Part shown: positions 28,432 through 37,964 of the stretch, in pieces
Layout of the letters: the number at the start of each line of letters is the position of its first letter
Numbering within the stretch: the stretch's first letter is position 1
IMG/VR virus record: IMGVR_UViG_3300009168_000041
Location: 1-64,000 of that record
Direction: 5' to 3' (one strand)
DNA length: 64,000 bases
Source: a virus
Position numbers and translations under genes: made by a program
The notes under the pieces: generated by a model
What the model was told of the DNA's origin: nothing
Databases searched by the model: none
Seen by the model: only the letters and a program-made list of their open reading frames with translations

Positions 28432-28791
28432 ATGGCAAATCCGGTCATCGAAAAGTTGCGACAAGCAATCGACGCGAAGCACGCCGAGGCATTGGCGAGC
28501 CTCACGAAGCTTGCGACCTACCTGGAGGATCTGGGGTCGCCGGCAACAAATGGACAGGGGCAGAAAGGCAAGAAGCCATCCCCTCGTGCGGGAACCGGGA
28601 AGATCCGAAATGCCGTCATCGCTGCCTTCCGGGAGGAATATTTGCCGGTTGACGTAGTGGCAGAACGGATCAAGAAGACGCCCCTTCAGGTTAGGGGTGT
28701 TGTGCTGTCACCGGCCATCAAGAAGCAGTTTTCCAAGAAGGAAGTCGATGGAGTGATGCACTACAAATACGAAGGAGCGACCAAAGAATGA
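28432..28791 (+). CDS. IS passenger: small basic, possibly winged-HTH protein
   Basis: GAGGAG RBS; N-terminal helix, basic linker, helical C-terminal domain. Confidence 0.5.
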   Translation: MANPVIEKLRQAIDAKHAEALASLTKLATYLEDLGSPATNGQGQKGKKPSPRAGTGKIRNAVIAAFREEYLPVDVVAERIKKTPLQVRGVVLSPAIKKQFSKKEVDGVMHYKYEGATKE

Positions 28792-29128
28792 AAATGGCCC
28801 GCGACATCCACGGCATGGAAAACTGAGGATGTCGGGGCCAATTCACCCAGCAGGGAGAGCATTGTCGGTGGCAAAGCCAATAAGACCACCGGAGGTGTCG
28901 CCTGAGCCTCCACCGCTCAGGCGGGGCGGGGTCCAAACCTGCCTTGCCTTGCTGGCTTTTAATGTTACCTAGTTTATCGCATGAAGTCAACGCCCTCATA
29001 CCTAATGTGGCGATGGTCGCTGTCTCCCTTGTTCTGGAGAGTGGCCCGCGTCTTGGCGGCGCAGCAGTCTTATAACCTGCCGGAGGGGTCCGCTTCTGCG
29101 CGGACGGGATCGTAACCCCCTCTCTCCG

Positions 29129-29317
29129 CTAGCCCCGTGCGATTCGCCGCTGGGCTCCCCGCATCAGCGTATTCCGAGCCCACTTGGACATCTTCACGCC
29201 CTCTAGCTGGGCCGCCTGTTCGCAGTCTGCCTTTTCGGCCGACGTGAGCCGGATTTGGACAACGTGGCCCTTACGCTCATCGGGGGGTTTAACCGGGGCT
29301 CCGCGTTTCTTTCCCAT
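29129..29317 (-). CDS. Ribbon-helix-helix-like regulator
   Basis: VVQIRLTSAEKA..EQAAQLEGVKMSKWAR pattern; divergent from the transposase. Confidence 0.6.
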   Translation of the reverse strand: MGKKRGAPVKPPDERKGHVVQIRLTSAEKADCEQAAQLEGVKMSKWARNTLMRGAQRRIARG

Positions 29318-29323
29318 AGCGGA

Positions 29324-29392
29324 ATTGTAGTGCAATTATTCTGGCTGTCAACCTGTTTTCCCTCTTGACTCCCAGAATAATTGCACTACAAT
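29324..29392. promoter_or_regulatory. Mirror-image divergent promoters / operator
   Basis: Perfect 21-bp inverted repeat 29324-29344/29372-29392; TTGACW-16 bp-TACAAT on both strands. Confidence 0.7.
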
Positions 29393-29535
29393 AAATATAG
29401 ATGCTTGACAACCAGAACGAAAAACCCCGGCCGGGATTGGCGTCTCGACCGGGGCGAATCACAGACCGGCTTTCGCCAGAATGCGACCCGAGCAAGCCCA
29501 TTCTAGCGAGAGCCCCGACGAAAGGGAATCTCGCC

Positions 29536-30462
29536 ATGTCCAACATCCTCCCCCGCGAAAAGCAGATCGAAGTCCTTCACCACCTGGTTGAAGGCAACAC
29601 GCTCCGCAGCACGGCCCGCCTAACGGGCATTCACCGCACGACCATCACGAACCTCATGGTCCGCTTCGGCATGGTCTGTAAGGCGTTCATGGACCGCCAG
29701 CTACGCGGCCTGACGCTCAACCACGTTGAGGTTGACGAAATCTGGACGTTCGTTTGGAAGAAGCAAGGCCGCCTCACGGCCGAAGAGAAAGCCGAGTGCC
29801 ACGACCGCGGCGATATTTTCTTGTGGACTGCTTTGGACGCCGAAACGAAGCTGGTGGCTTCCTTCCTGGTAGGCAAGCGATCGGGCGACAACGCGCGGCG
29901 GCTCATGAAAGACCTAGCAAGCCGGCTGGTCATGCCCAAGCCTCACCAGAGCGATCCCCACGCCTACAAGGCCGGCGGGTACGTCTACGTCACTCGGCTG
30001 AGCAGCGATGCCTTCGCGGCCTACCCTGAGGCGGTGGACTTGGCTTTCGGTCCCTACGCCAAGTTTGGGACGATCAAGAAGGACTACCGCAACGCGGACC
30101 AGCCCGGTCGCTACGCCCCGCCGGAAATGGTCGGCACTGAGCGCCGCGGCGTGTTTGGGATACGGGAGGATGAGGAGCGGGGGATTTGCACGTCCCACGT
30201 CGAGCGCCACAACCTGACGATCCGAACCCTCATGAAGCGATTCACCCGGCTCTGCCTCGGCTTCTCCAAGAAGCTGGAGAACCTGGAAGCGGCCTGCGCC
30301 ATGTTTCTGGCGTTCTACAACTTCGTCTGGCGCACGAGGGACGCGAACGAGGGCCGGACCCGGGTGCCCGCCGCAATGGCCGCTGGCGTGGTCAAGAGCC
30401 TCTGGAGCTTCGAGAACCTGTTTGACCGCGTGATGGGCGGGCAACAGGCGATAGCAGCATGA
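29536..30462 (+). CDS. IS1-family DDE transposase
   Basis: N-terminal HTH; VEVDEIWTFVWKK, SSDAF, TSHVERHNLTIR...FTRL..GFSKK. Confidence 0.88.
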   Translation: MSNILPREKQIEVLHHLVEGNTLRSTARLTGIHRTTITNLMVRFGMVCKAFMDRQLRGLTLNHVEVDEIWTFVWKKQGRLTAEEKAECHDRGDIFLWTALDAETKLVASFLVGKRSGDNARRLMKDLASRLVMPKPHQSDPHAYKAGGYVYVTRLSSDAFAAYPEAVDLAFGPYAKFGTIKKDYRNADQPGRYAPPEMVGTERRGVFGIREDEERGICTSHVERHNLTIRTLMKRFTRLCLGFSKKLENLEAACAMFLAFYNFVWRTRDANEGRTRVPAAMAAGVVKSLWSFENLFDRVMGGQQAIAA

Positions 30463-30615
30463 TTCCCCTTGCCAAGGGGTGGGAAAATACAGAAAATGAA
30501 AGCGGCCGGTGGGGACCGGCCGCTTTCTCGTTTCTTGTGCCGCTGGGGCGACACTGGCATCAAGCTACCGCCATTGTACGCCCTCCGGCTTGGTCTAGCA
30601 AGGGGAGGGCGTGCG

Positions 30616-31197
30616 ATGGCGGAATCACGGGCGTGCATTGATTGTGGTCGTCTCGGTTGGGTGAACAACCAGGAAATCAATGAAGAGCGTCGGGATGAAA
30701 TCAGGACGCCACCGGCACATCGCGTCGATAGACTTCCCGTCTATTGCTATGGGAGTACCCACCGATTTCCAGAGACAAAGGAAACCGAAAGACACCGTAA
30801 CTCGCTCATGCAGGCTTGGGAATGTCCTCATGGGTTCATTCAACATTGCGATGGGCAAAGTCCAAAGGACCATCTTGAAATGATATCGCTAGAAGAAAAT
30901 CGGCGATGGCAAAAAGACCAAGAAATTGACCGTCGCCAATGGGAAGAAAAGCAAGAGAATGGCCGACAAGCTTGGGAGGAGAAACGTGAGAGCTGGCATG
31001 TTCGACAGGGGCATCGTACCTTGATGGTTGCCGCAGTTGCTGTTATTGTAGCGGTCCTTTCTCCATTCGTGCAGTGGTGGTTAAGTCAACAAAGTCAGCC
31101 CACGGCTGTTGTTCCACAACCGTCAGTTTCTACTTTCGCACCTGCCAACCAAGCAAATAGTCTCCCTGCATCCACGGATTCTTCCTCCGGAGACTGA
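30616..31197 (+). CDS. IS passenger: hypothetical membrane protein
   Basis: GGAGG RBS; CxxC, coiled coil, C-terminal TM helix. Confidence 0.45.
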   Translation: MAESRACIDCGRLGWVNNQEINEERRDEIRTPPAHRVDRLPVYCYGSTHRFPETKETERHRNSLMQAWECPHGFIQHCDGQSPKDHLEMISLEENRRWQKDQEIDRRQWEEKQENGRQAWEEKRESWHVRQGHRTLMVAAVAVIVAVLSPFVQWWLSQQSQPTAVVPQPSVSTFAPANQANSLPASTDSSSGD

Positions 31198-31672
31198 CGC
31201 CACGAACGCCAACGAACTGGACTTTCTGAAAGATCAGACGTTACCGCCCTCAGCGGGACGCAAGGGCTGGCCGCCGTGGGTCTGCTGGTCGCTCATCGGG
31301 GCAAACGTGGTCGTTCTGCTCTGCCTATGTTGGGTTGGTTACCTTGTGTTTTTCGGAAGCAAACCGAAACAGCAACCATCCCGCGTGACTAAGGCCAATT
31401 ATGACAAGATCCACGAGGGAATGAGTGAACAGGATGTGACAACCATTCTGGGGCATGGGCAGGCGTTTGTGGAGTTGACCTTGCCGAAGCGACAACCAGA
31501 GACAGGTCTAGTGCCGATCAAGGAATGGAGCCAAGCGTTTCAAGAATCTGTCCTGCGGAAACCAAATCCAACGTCCATGAAGAGCGTGAAGTGGGTGACC
31601 AGCCGGTGCATGATCGAAGTCACTTTCAGCGATGGAGTCGTCAAGCAGAAAAGTTACGAAGTCCTTCAGTAA
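31109..31672 (+). CDS. IS passenger: membrane-anchored SmpA/OmlA(BamE)-like domain protein (start uncertain)
   Basis: TM helix then VTKANYDKIHEGMSEQDVTTILG motif. Confidence 0.45.
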   Translation: MFHNRQFLLSHLPTKQIVSLHPRILPPETDATNANELDFLKDQTLPPSAGRKGWPPWVCWSLIGANVVVLLCLCWVGYLVFFGSKPKQQPSRVTKANYDKIHEGMSEQDVTTILGHGQAFVELTLPKRQPETGLVPIKEWSQAFQESVLRKPNPTSMKSVKWVTSRCMIEVTFSDGVVKQKSYEVLQ

Positions 31673-31743
31673 CCCCTGCTAGCGGTACTCCTCCACGATT
31701 TCCCTTGACACTTGGGAATTCCCCGGCAAAGTGTACCACTACC

Positions 31744-31887
31744 TGGCAGTTTCCTGATTTGCGGAAGTCGTGGACGAACGTTATCATAAGGCAATTGGCG
31801 GAGTGGTATGAGCCGGCGGTGCGACTGCAAGAGAAGTTCAATTGGTGGCTGTTTCTGGCCAGAGAAACGCGAGCGGCGGCGATATGA
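31744..31887 (+). pseudogene. Probable 3' fragment of the interrupted methyltransferase
   Basis: Open frame from the right IR (WQFPDL...WWLFL) ending in an ATGA overlap with the next gene. Confidence 0.45.
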
Positions 31888-32717
31888 GTGATAGTAGAGG
31901 CACGGTTGGTAACGGCGGAACGGGCGGTAACAGAAGCAATGGCGATCATCGCGGCTGTTTTGTCCGGGCCCTCTGGGGCGACCGCCTTATCCCCATTTTT
32001 CAGCAAGTGCTAGACGAGGTAACGTGGTGCCTGGAGCAGCCGCACCAACCGGCCCCGACGGCCTGGTATGCCTACGGGTGGGAAAATTACAAGTGGCTGA
32101 AGCAGCATGGTTGCGACGCGGAACTCTTGGATGAACTGCCGTTCCGGGTCTTCGCGAACGCCACGGCAGAAGAGAATGCGGACCCGGAGTATATCACGCG
32201 GTACGGCAGTTCAATGTGGCGGCACAAGTATCCCGCGATCCGCGAGGCATTGCGGCATTATCCAGCCGTCGTGTGGATGGACTTGGATACGGTTCTAACG
32301 GGACCATTGCCGAAAGACTTCTGGGGCCGCATGGCTGCCGGTGCGGAATTCCAATGCACGCTACAGCAAAATTTCCGCAAGCGGGCGGGCTGGCGAGGGC
32401 TCGACAATGAGCCGCGTAAAACGCCGGGCGGAAATTGGATGTACTTTCGCGGCACGAATGCCATAGACCGGCTGTTGCGCCTCTACGAAGAGCATCCAGG
32501 TGAATGGGACTTGACGGTGCTGGCACGCCTCACCGATGAACTTATGGGGGGGACGTGGCTGGGTTCGGCGGCGTACAAGGAACAAGGGTACGAACCCTAT
32601 TGTCATTCGCTCGGGCGGCGGGCGGGCCGGCAGATATACCCGCCTGAGGAAACGCTTTTCCTGACCCACTGGCGGAAGACCGGGCTCGTTAAGATTGGGA
32701 AGCGGGGAAGCAAGTAA
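31884..32717 (+). CDS. Putative GT-A glycosyltransferase, paralog 3
   Basis: CFVRALWGD; VVWMDLD; closest to paralog 2 (shared WRHKYPAI, EHPGEWD). Confidence 0.6.
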   Translation: MSDSRGTVGNGGTGGNRSNGDHRGCFVRALWGDRLIPIFQQVLDEVTWCLEQPHQPAPTAWYAYGWENYKWLKQHGCDAELLDELPFRVFANATAEENADPEYITRYGSSMWRHKYPAIREALRHYPAVVWMDLDTVLTGPLPKDFWGRMAAGAEFQCTLQQNFRKRAGWRGLDNEPRKTPGGNWMYFRGTNAIDRLLRLYEEHPGEWDLTVLARLTDELMGGTWLGSAAYKEQGYEPYCHSLGRRAGRQIYPPEETLFLTHWRKTGLVKIGKRGSK

Positions 32718-32739
32718 CACGGGAAGGACCAGGTAATAT

Positions 32740-33321
32740 ATGAAGCGATATCATCATGACTTTTGCCGAAACGCAATTGCCAGGTGCCGCGAGTCAGTAC
32801 GCGGCACGCTCTGGGCGGCGGAAATCGGCGTGGCCAGCGGCGAAAATTCGGCGGAGATGCTGAAAGCCTTTCCGGATTTGCACCTCCTGATGATTGATCC
32901 TTGGTCGGGGAACGCGGACTATCTCCAAAGCCTTCCAAGGAAAGGGGCATGGGCCGAACTGCTCAAGGATGTCGATGGGTTGCTTCGGGAGCAGCAGAAG
33001 TGGTATGAGACGGCAGTTCGGAATACGGAGTTTGCCAGTACCCGCCGGGTTGTAATCCGAATGCCGTCGGTCGAGGCCGCCACTATCATACCCGACGGCC
33101 TGCTGTCTTTCGTTTTCATCGACGGAGACCACCGCCAGCAATCCGTGGATGCCGATATGCGGGCGTACTGGCCGAAGGTGCGGCCGGGCGGGATATTCGC
33201 GGGGCACGACTACGGGACGAGGGGGCATATTTCGGTTGGTCTGGCCGTGAATCAGTGGTTTGCGGAAACGGGTCTGCAATTTCAGGTGTTAGGACGTTGC
33301 TGGTATCACGATAAGGTATAG
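32740..33321 (+). CDS. Class I SAM methyltransferase (Methyltransf_24-like)
   Basis: AEIGVASG, FIDGDH, WPKVRPGG..AGHDY. Confidence 0.85.
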   Translation: MKRYHHDFCRNAIARCRESVRGTLWAAEIGVASGENSAEMLKAFPDLHLLMIDPWSGNADYLQSLPRKGAWAELLKDVDGLLREQQKWYETAVRNTEFASTRRVVIRMPSVEAATIIPDGLLSFVFIDGDHRQQSVDADMRAYWPKVRPGGIFAGHDYGTRGHISVGLAVNQWFAETGLQFQVLGRCWYHDKV

Positions 33322-33327
33322 GGCTTT

Positions 33328-34065
33328 ATGCGGGCTGCTGCGTTTGTTAGCGGGCTCTGGGGCGACGCGGTGACGCTGGCATACCCTGGTCAGCGGCCAT
33401 ATAAGGTGTTGGACGATGCTCGGGCCACGGCCGCGTGGGAGCACAAGGCAGAGCCGCGGCTGGCATTTGCCTTCGGCCAGACGAACGCCGACTTCCTGCA
33501 TTCGTTGGGGTTCCGCGAGAAGCTACTGAATGCCGAGGCGGTAGTCAACTACACGGGGGCGACAGAACGCAACCCAAATTCAGTTGGCTCATTCAACTTT
33601 GGGGCGTCGATATGGCGGCAGAAGATTGAGTGCATGGTGGCGGCATTCGAGGAGCCGGGCGTCAGGGAAATCGTCTGGCTCGATTGGGACATCCGGCCAA
33701 TGGTTCCCGTGCCGGCCGACTTCTGGGGACAGTTGCAACGTGGCCAGCCATTCCAAGCGGCACTAACCCAGCGGCACCGCAAGCAATGCTCGTGGCGTGC
33801 CACCGAACCACGTAAGCTTCACCACGGCGGATTCGTTTATGTTCGCGGATACGATACGGTATGCCGGTTGGCTGAATTAGCGGAGACGCGGCCTGAATTG
33901 AATGACGAACTACTCTACGGGTTGCTGGTTGATGAGCTAATGGGCGGCAAGTGGCTTGGGAGTGAGCAGTACAAGGAAATGGGATTCGAGCCGTGGTGTT
34001 ACAACGTGGCGAATGGGGCAGTGTTTCCGAAAGAGAACGAGGTCTTTCGCAACTGCGGGAGGTGA
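33328..34065 (+). CDS. Putative GT-A glycosyltransferase, paralog 4
   Basis: FVSGLWGD; IVWLDWDI; LMGGKW. Confidence 0.6.
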   Translation: MRAAAFVSGLWGDAVTLAYPGQRPYKVLDDARATAAWEHKAEPRLAFAFGQTNADFLHSLGFREKLLNAEAVVNYTGATERNPNSVGSFNFGASIWRQKIECMVAAFEEPGVREIVWLDWDIRPMVPVPADFWGQLQRGQPFQAALTQRHRKQCSWRATEPRKLHHGGFVYVRGYDTVCRLAELAETRPELNDELLYGLLVDELMGGKWLGSEQYKEMGFEPWCYNVANGAVFPKENEVFRNCGR

Positions 34066-34068
34066 GGC

Positions 34069-34851
34069 GTGCGAGGATGCTTCGTTCGGCTGCTGTTCGG
34101 CGATTCCCTGGTTGACCGCCGCGAGGCAGTTGTCCGCGAGGTATCGCTATCCCGCCAGTTCCCGCAGCCGGAGCCGCTTGTCTTCTGGGCAATGGGGCGC
34201 GAAAATCTGGAGATTGCCAGGGCGGCCGGATGGGACGCCAAACTGCTATGCGAAGAGTCGGTATTGAACCTCACTGGCCAGACGGAACGGCACCCGGAAC
34301 GCGAGCGTGGGTTCTTGCCGTATGGAACCAATGTTTTCAACGCAAAGTTTCTGGCCCTTCAAGAGACAATACGCCTCGGGTACGACCAGGCCGTCTTTCT
34401 GGATCTTGATATCGGCATGGTTCAGCCTTTGCCGGCCGACTTCTGGGAACGACTTGAAGCGGGCCGCGAAATTCAGACTGGGCTTCGCACCTATCACCGG
34501 AAGATATGCAAGTGGCGTCGTGACGGGCAGCGGACGGTATGCTGGGCGGCAGCCATTTACGTTCGCGGCCTGTCGATTTGCGAGCAACTACTTGCCGCCG
34601 CCCGCCAGCATCCAGAGTGGTATGAACAGTGGATTATGTCGCTCGTGACTGACAACATGCTGGGTGGGTGGACGAACGCAGATGCCTACCGAAGTGCCGG
34701 CTTCTACTTCCCGTACCTTGAGCAGAAGCTATGTTTTCCGGCCGACGTTCCCGTGTTCCGGCCCGTATTAGACAAAGGGTTTTCACCCATGACGAAACAC
34801 CCCGAGGCTTGGGTTGAGCACGTGATAGCCGTTCAGTCTCAGAATACTTGA
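34069..34851 (+). CDS. Putative GT-A glycosyltransferase, paralog 5
   Basis: CFVRLLFGD; VFLDLDI; MLGGW. Confidence 0.6.
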   Translation: MRGCFVRLLFGDSLVDRREAVVREVSLSRQFPQPEPLVFWAMGRENLEIARAAGWDAKLLCEESVLNLTGQTERHPERERGFLPYGTNVFNAKFLALQETIRLGYDQAVFLDLDIGMVQPLPADFWERLEAGREIQTGLRTYHRKICKWRRDGQRTVCWAAAIYVRGLSICEQLLAAARQHPEWYEQWIMSLVTDNMLGGWTNADAYRSAGFYFPYLEQKLCFPADVPVFRPVLDKGFSPMTKHPEAWVEHVIAVQSQNT

Positions 34852-34866
34852 TAACGGAATCGCCCC

Positions 34867-35457
34867 ATGTTTCCACCCTGGATGCACCTAAATCCCGCAT
34901 ACTCGAAATACAAAATCGGCCAATGGTCCTACGGGAAGCCGACGATTAACGACTATGGTATGCCCGCGTCGGCCGTGACTATCGGGAAGTTTTGCTCGAT
35001 TGGCGGCGGGACACTTTTCATTCGCGGCCAGCACAGTATGGATATTGTCAGTACAGGTGGCGTCGCACTGTATCTGACTTCCGACAGAGAGTTGCGATCT
35101 AAGCTTGTCGGCCTTGACCCGCGCGGGGATATCACCGTCGGAAACGACGTGTGGATTGGGTACAACGTCATCCTCATGCCCAACGTAACCATCGGCGACG
35201 GGGCAGTCATTGGTGCATCGGCCGTCGTGACTCGGGACATCCCGCCATACGCCGTTGCGGTTGGCGTGCCGGCCCGCGTCCACCACATTCGGTTCCCGCC
35301 AGACGTAGTTGAGGCGTTGCTTCGCATTCGCTGGTGGGACTGGCCAGACGATGTGGTGCGGGCGCGAATTGCCGATATCCAGTCGAACGACGTGGCTGGG
35401 TTTGTTGCTAGGTACGATCCGCTCAAGGCGGCGGCGTCAGCAAAGGGAACAGCATGA
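34867..35457 (+). CDS. CatB-related hexapeptide-repeat O-acetyltransferase
   Basis: [34 protein letters not shown]. Confidence 0.88.
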   Translation: MFPPWMHLNPAYSKYKIGQWSYGKPTINDYGMPASAVTIGKFCSIGGGTLFIRGQHSMDIVSTGGVALYLTSDRELRSKLVGLDPRGDITVGNDVWIGYNVILMPNVTIGDGAVIGASAVVTRDIPPYAVAVGVPARVHHIRFPPDVVEALLRIRWWDWPDDVVRARIADIQSNDVAGFVARYDPLKAAASAKGTA

Positions 35458-35460
35458 GCA

Positions 35461-36216
35461 ATGATGCGAGTAACAAGTATGAGAAACGTATTTGTCCGCG
35501 GCCTGTGGGGCGACGAAACGACGCAACGCCGGCCGAAGCGGCATGGGCATTCCCTGGCTGACGAGATTAAGGAAACCCGCGACTGGCAGTACCGCGAATC
35601 GCCGCTTCTGGTTTGCAGTTTCGGGCGGCCGAACCACGATACCCTGGCTGAACTAGGCATCCCGTCCACGATGCTCTTCTCGGACGGGGTTATCAATTAC
35701 TCGGGGGCCGCCTCCCGCGACTCTACTGGGCGACGCGGTTGGGTCAACTATGGGTCGGATATCTCCCGGCAGAAATTCGAGTGCATTGCCGCCGCGTTAG
35801 AGTCGAACGACGCGGCCCTCTGGATTGACTGGGATGTTCGGCTTGTCGAGCCGCTGCCGGAAGATTTTTGGGGCCGGATGAATTCCGGTCCGCCCATGCA
35901 GGCACCGCTTGGGTTCGGATACAAAAACAAGCAGTGCTTATGGCGAAAGATTCAACCACGAATCTTGCACCACACATGGTTTCTGTACGTCCGGGGGATG
36001 GCGATAGCGCGGCGGCTTTTGGCTGTTGCGGCGGAATACCCCCTGGAATACGACGAACGGATTGCGGCCCGCGTGTTCGATGAGTTGTCCGGCGGCTGGA
36101 AAGGCACAGAAACGTACATAAGGGAGGGCTACCAGCCGTACTGTGCGGAGCATATCACGGGCGATATGTTTGGGTACAAGGCGGAGCAGCTGGTTTTTCA
36201 ATGTCAAGGGAAGTAG
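35461..36216 (+). CDS. Putative GT-A glycosyltransferase, paralog 6
   Basis: FVRGLWGD; LWIDWDV; SGGW. Confidence 0.6.
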   Translation: MMRVTSMRNVFVRGLWGDETTQRRPKRHGHSLADEIKETRDWQYRESPLLVCSFGRPNHDTLAELGIPSTMLFSDGVINYSGAASRDSTGRRGWVNYGSDISRQKFECIAAALESNDAALWIDWDVRLVEPLPEDFWGRMNSGPPMQAPLGFGYKNKQCLWRKIQPRILHHTWFLYVRGMAIARRLLAVAAEYPLEYDERIAARVFDELSGGWKGTETYIREGYQPYCAEHITGDMFGYKAEQLVFQCQGK

Positions 36217-36234
36217 GGGGCGGTACGAAGGCCC

Positions 36235-36972
36235 ATGAATCTGAGTATTGAACTCAACGTCACACTCGCCTGCAACGCCCGCTGCCGCTGCTGCGACCGC
36301 CTATGCGACAAGTTCCCAGAACGGACTGAGCACATGGAAGTCTGCCAGGTGGAAAGATTCCTGACTGAGGCTCGGCTGGCCGGCGGCGTAAGCAAGGTTC
36401 GCGTCTTGGGCGGCGAGCCGACGCTTCATCCACAGATAGACGCAATCATGCGGCTTCTGGTCGATGCCATTCACGACGGAACGGTCGGGGCTGTCGAGGT
36501 GAACACCAATACGATATCGCCTACTTGGAAGGCCCACCGCGACGCCTGCCTTGATCCCAAAGTGCGATGGGACCGCTCGCCGCCGAATCGCAAACACCAC
36601 CTGCCTTTTTTGTGGGCCCCGAAAGACTTGGGGTTCGCGACCACCGGGCCGTGCCGCCACCCGGTTCAGTGTGGGTTCAGCCTGGATTCGCTCGGTTGGT
36701 TGCCGTGCAGCCCGGCGATTGCCATTACCCGCCTGTTTTTCGGCGGCCGGCATTACCGCCAGGCCATGCCGGACGGAACGGCGTGGGGGTGCGAAGACCT
36801 ATGCCCGCTGTGTATTTACTCGATGCCGCGCGGGTGGCGAATCAGGAACCGGCGAAAGCTTCGCGATTTTACGGCGGCGATGAAAGAGCCAACGCGGTCC
36901 TGGGCAGACGCTCTGAAAGAGGCGACACAGAAGGCACCTGCGGAAGCATCGCAAGGGAACCCCAATGGGTAA
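36235..36972 (+). CDS. Radical SAM protein
   Basis: CNARCRCC (CxxxCxxC), GGEPTLHP, Cys-rich C-terminus. Confidence 0.88.
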   Translation: MNLSIELNVTLACNARCRCCDRLCDKFPERTEHMEVCQVERFLTEARLAGGVSKVRVLGGEPTLHPQIDAIMRLLVDAIHDGTVGAVEVNTNTISPTWKAHRDACLDPKVRWDRSPPNRKHHLPFLWAPKDLGFATTGPCRHPVQCGFSLDSLGWLPCSPAIAITRLFFGGRHYRQAMPDGTAWGCEDLCPLCIYSMPRGWRIRNRRKLRDFTAAMKEPTRSWADALKEATQKAPAEASQGNPNG

Positions 36973-37513
36973 CGTCTTCTCAAAGGGCTCCCACCTCCCC
37001 ATCCTTGCCTATGCCGTCCGCAAAACGCAAGGAACGGTCATAGAGTGCGGGGTCGGCTACTTCTCGACACCGTTCCTCCACTATGTTTGCTGTCCCAACA
37101 GGCCGGTTGTGAGCCTAGAGCCGGATGAAAAATGGGCCAATCTGTTCACTGGGTTCGCGTGCGACGGCCACAGAATCGAACGGGTCGCCTCTACCGTGGT
37201 CGGATGGATTGATGCCCTAGCGGCGGCCTGCAATGCGTCACACATCGGAGTTGCTTTGATAGACCAAGATAACGACACGTTTGCTAACAGGGCGGCGACT
37301 GCCGGGTACCTCATCGACCGGGCTGATATCGTCGTGATTCACGATATGAAAATAGACAGCGGACATCATCGTCGGATACCAAAGCGCGTGCGGCGGGCGA
37401 AATTCGTTCGCTTCTTTCCTGACCACGGGGACAAGTATTGCTTCGGCACGATTGCGGCCAGCCAGCGAATCGACGTGCATAAGTGGCCCGAACTGACGTT
37501 TGAAAATGCGTGA
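36965..37513 (+). CDS. Putative SAM-dependent methyltransferase
   Basis: VIECGVGYFST motif I; ALID; VIHD. Confidence 0.6.
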   Translation: MGNVFSKGSHLPILAYAVRKTQGTVIECGVGYFSTPFLHYVCCPNRPVVSLEPDEKWANLFTGFACDGHRIERVASTVVGWIDALAAACNASHIGVALIDQDNDTFANRAATAGYLIDRADIVVIHDMKIDSGHHRRIPKRVRRAKFVRFFPDHGDKYCFGTIAASQRIDVHKWPELTFENA

Positions 37514-37598
37514 ATACTACTTTGACGCAACCGCTTTGCTGGCAATATGTTAGCGTTGCGTATCGCCCCTGTTATGTACCTCCCGTACCGTTTTTCTC

Positions 37599-37628
37599 TT
37601 GACATACCCGCCCCTGATTGTGCAAACT
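37599..37628 (+). promoter_or_regulatory. Sigma70-like promoter
   Basis: TTGACA-18 bp-CAAACT upstream of ATG 37638. Confidence 0.45.
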
Positions 37629-37637
37629 ACGCGAAAG

Positions 37638-37853
37638 ATGAATCGGTTCGACTGCTTTGAGTCCGAAGGCGGCCGGCGAACGGCAACAGTTGCCTCGGAA
37701 TCACTAGCGGCCGAAATGGAAAGGTTTCACCGAAACCGGTCTTACGGCCGTGTGACGGTGGAAGTGGACTTCCGGGCGGGCGAGCCGGTTCAAGTCACCG
37801 TGACCCCAAGGCTGACTATCACTGCAAGCAGCCTCATTTCCGGTGGCTCGTGA
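37638..37853 (+). CDS. Small DUF2292/YezD-like protein
   Basis: YGRVTVEV..RAGEPV pattern. Confidence 0.45.
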   Translation: MNRFDCFESEGGRRTATVASESLAAEMERFHRNRSYGRVTVEVDFRAGEPVQVTVTPRLTITASSLISGGS

Positions 37854-37889
37854 GCGAATGAAGTAGCATAGCCGGAGTATTCCATCGAG

Positions 37890-37946
37890 AAGCCCGGCGT
37901 CTGCGTTTGTGCCTGGTGCATGAATGCGGACGCCGGGCTTTTTTCG
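37890..37946 (+). terminator. Rho-independent terminator upstream of head genes
   Basis: 18-bp stem AAGCCCGGCGTCTGCGTT / AATGCGGACGCCGGGCTT followed by a T-run. Confidence 0.75.
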
Positions 37947-37964
37947 TTTTCGGGGAGCTTGGAA

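Larger units (their letters stand above)
27964..31743 (+). mobile_element. IS1-family element with passenger genes (~3.8 kb)
   Basis: Terminal IRs GGTAGTGGTACAGTTTG (27964-27980) and CAAAGTGTACCACTACC (31727-31743), 16/17 match, GGnnnTG end; IS1-type DDE transposase inside. Confidence 0.85.

Noticed and set aside
27955-31752. Target-site duplication around the IS
   Set aside because: Left and right flanks share no 8-9 bp direct repeat.
34867-35457. Antibiotic-resistance gene (catB/vat)
   Set aside because: The same hexapeptide fold is common in sugar O-acetyltransferases, and the glycan-cluster context favours that role.
25240-37513. Host LPS/capsule locus or DNA hypermodification cluster
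   Set aside because: No flippase, polymerase, export or base-modifying genes; genes are coupled into the phage head operon. Not formally excluded.
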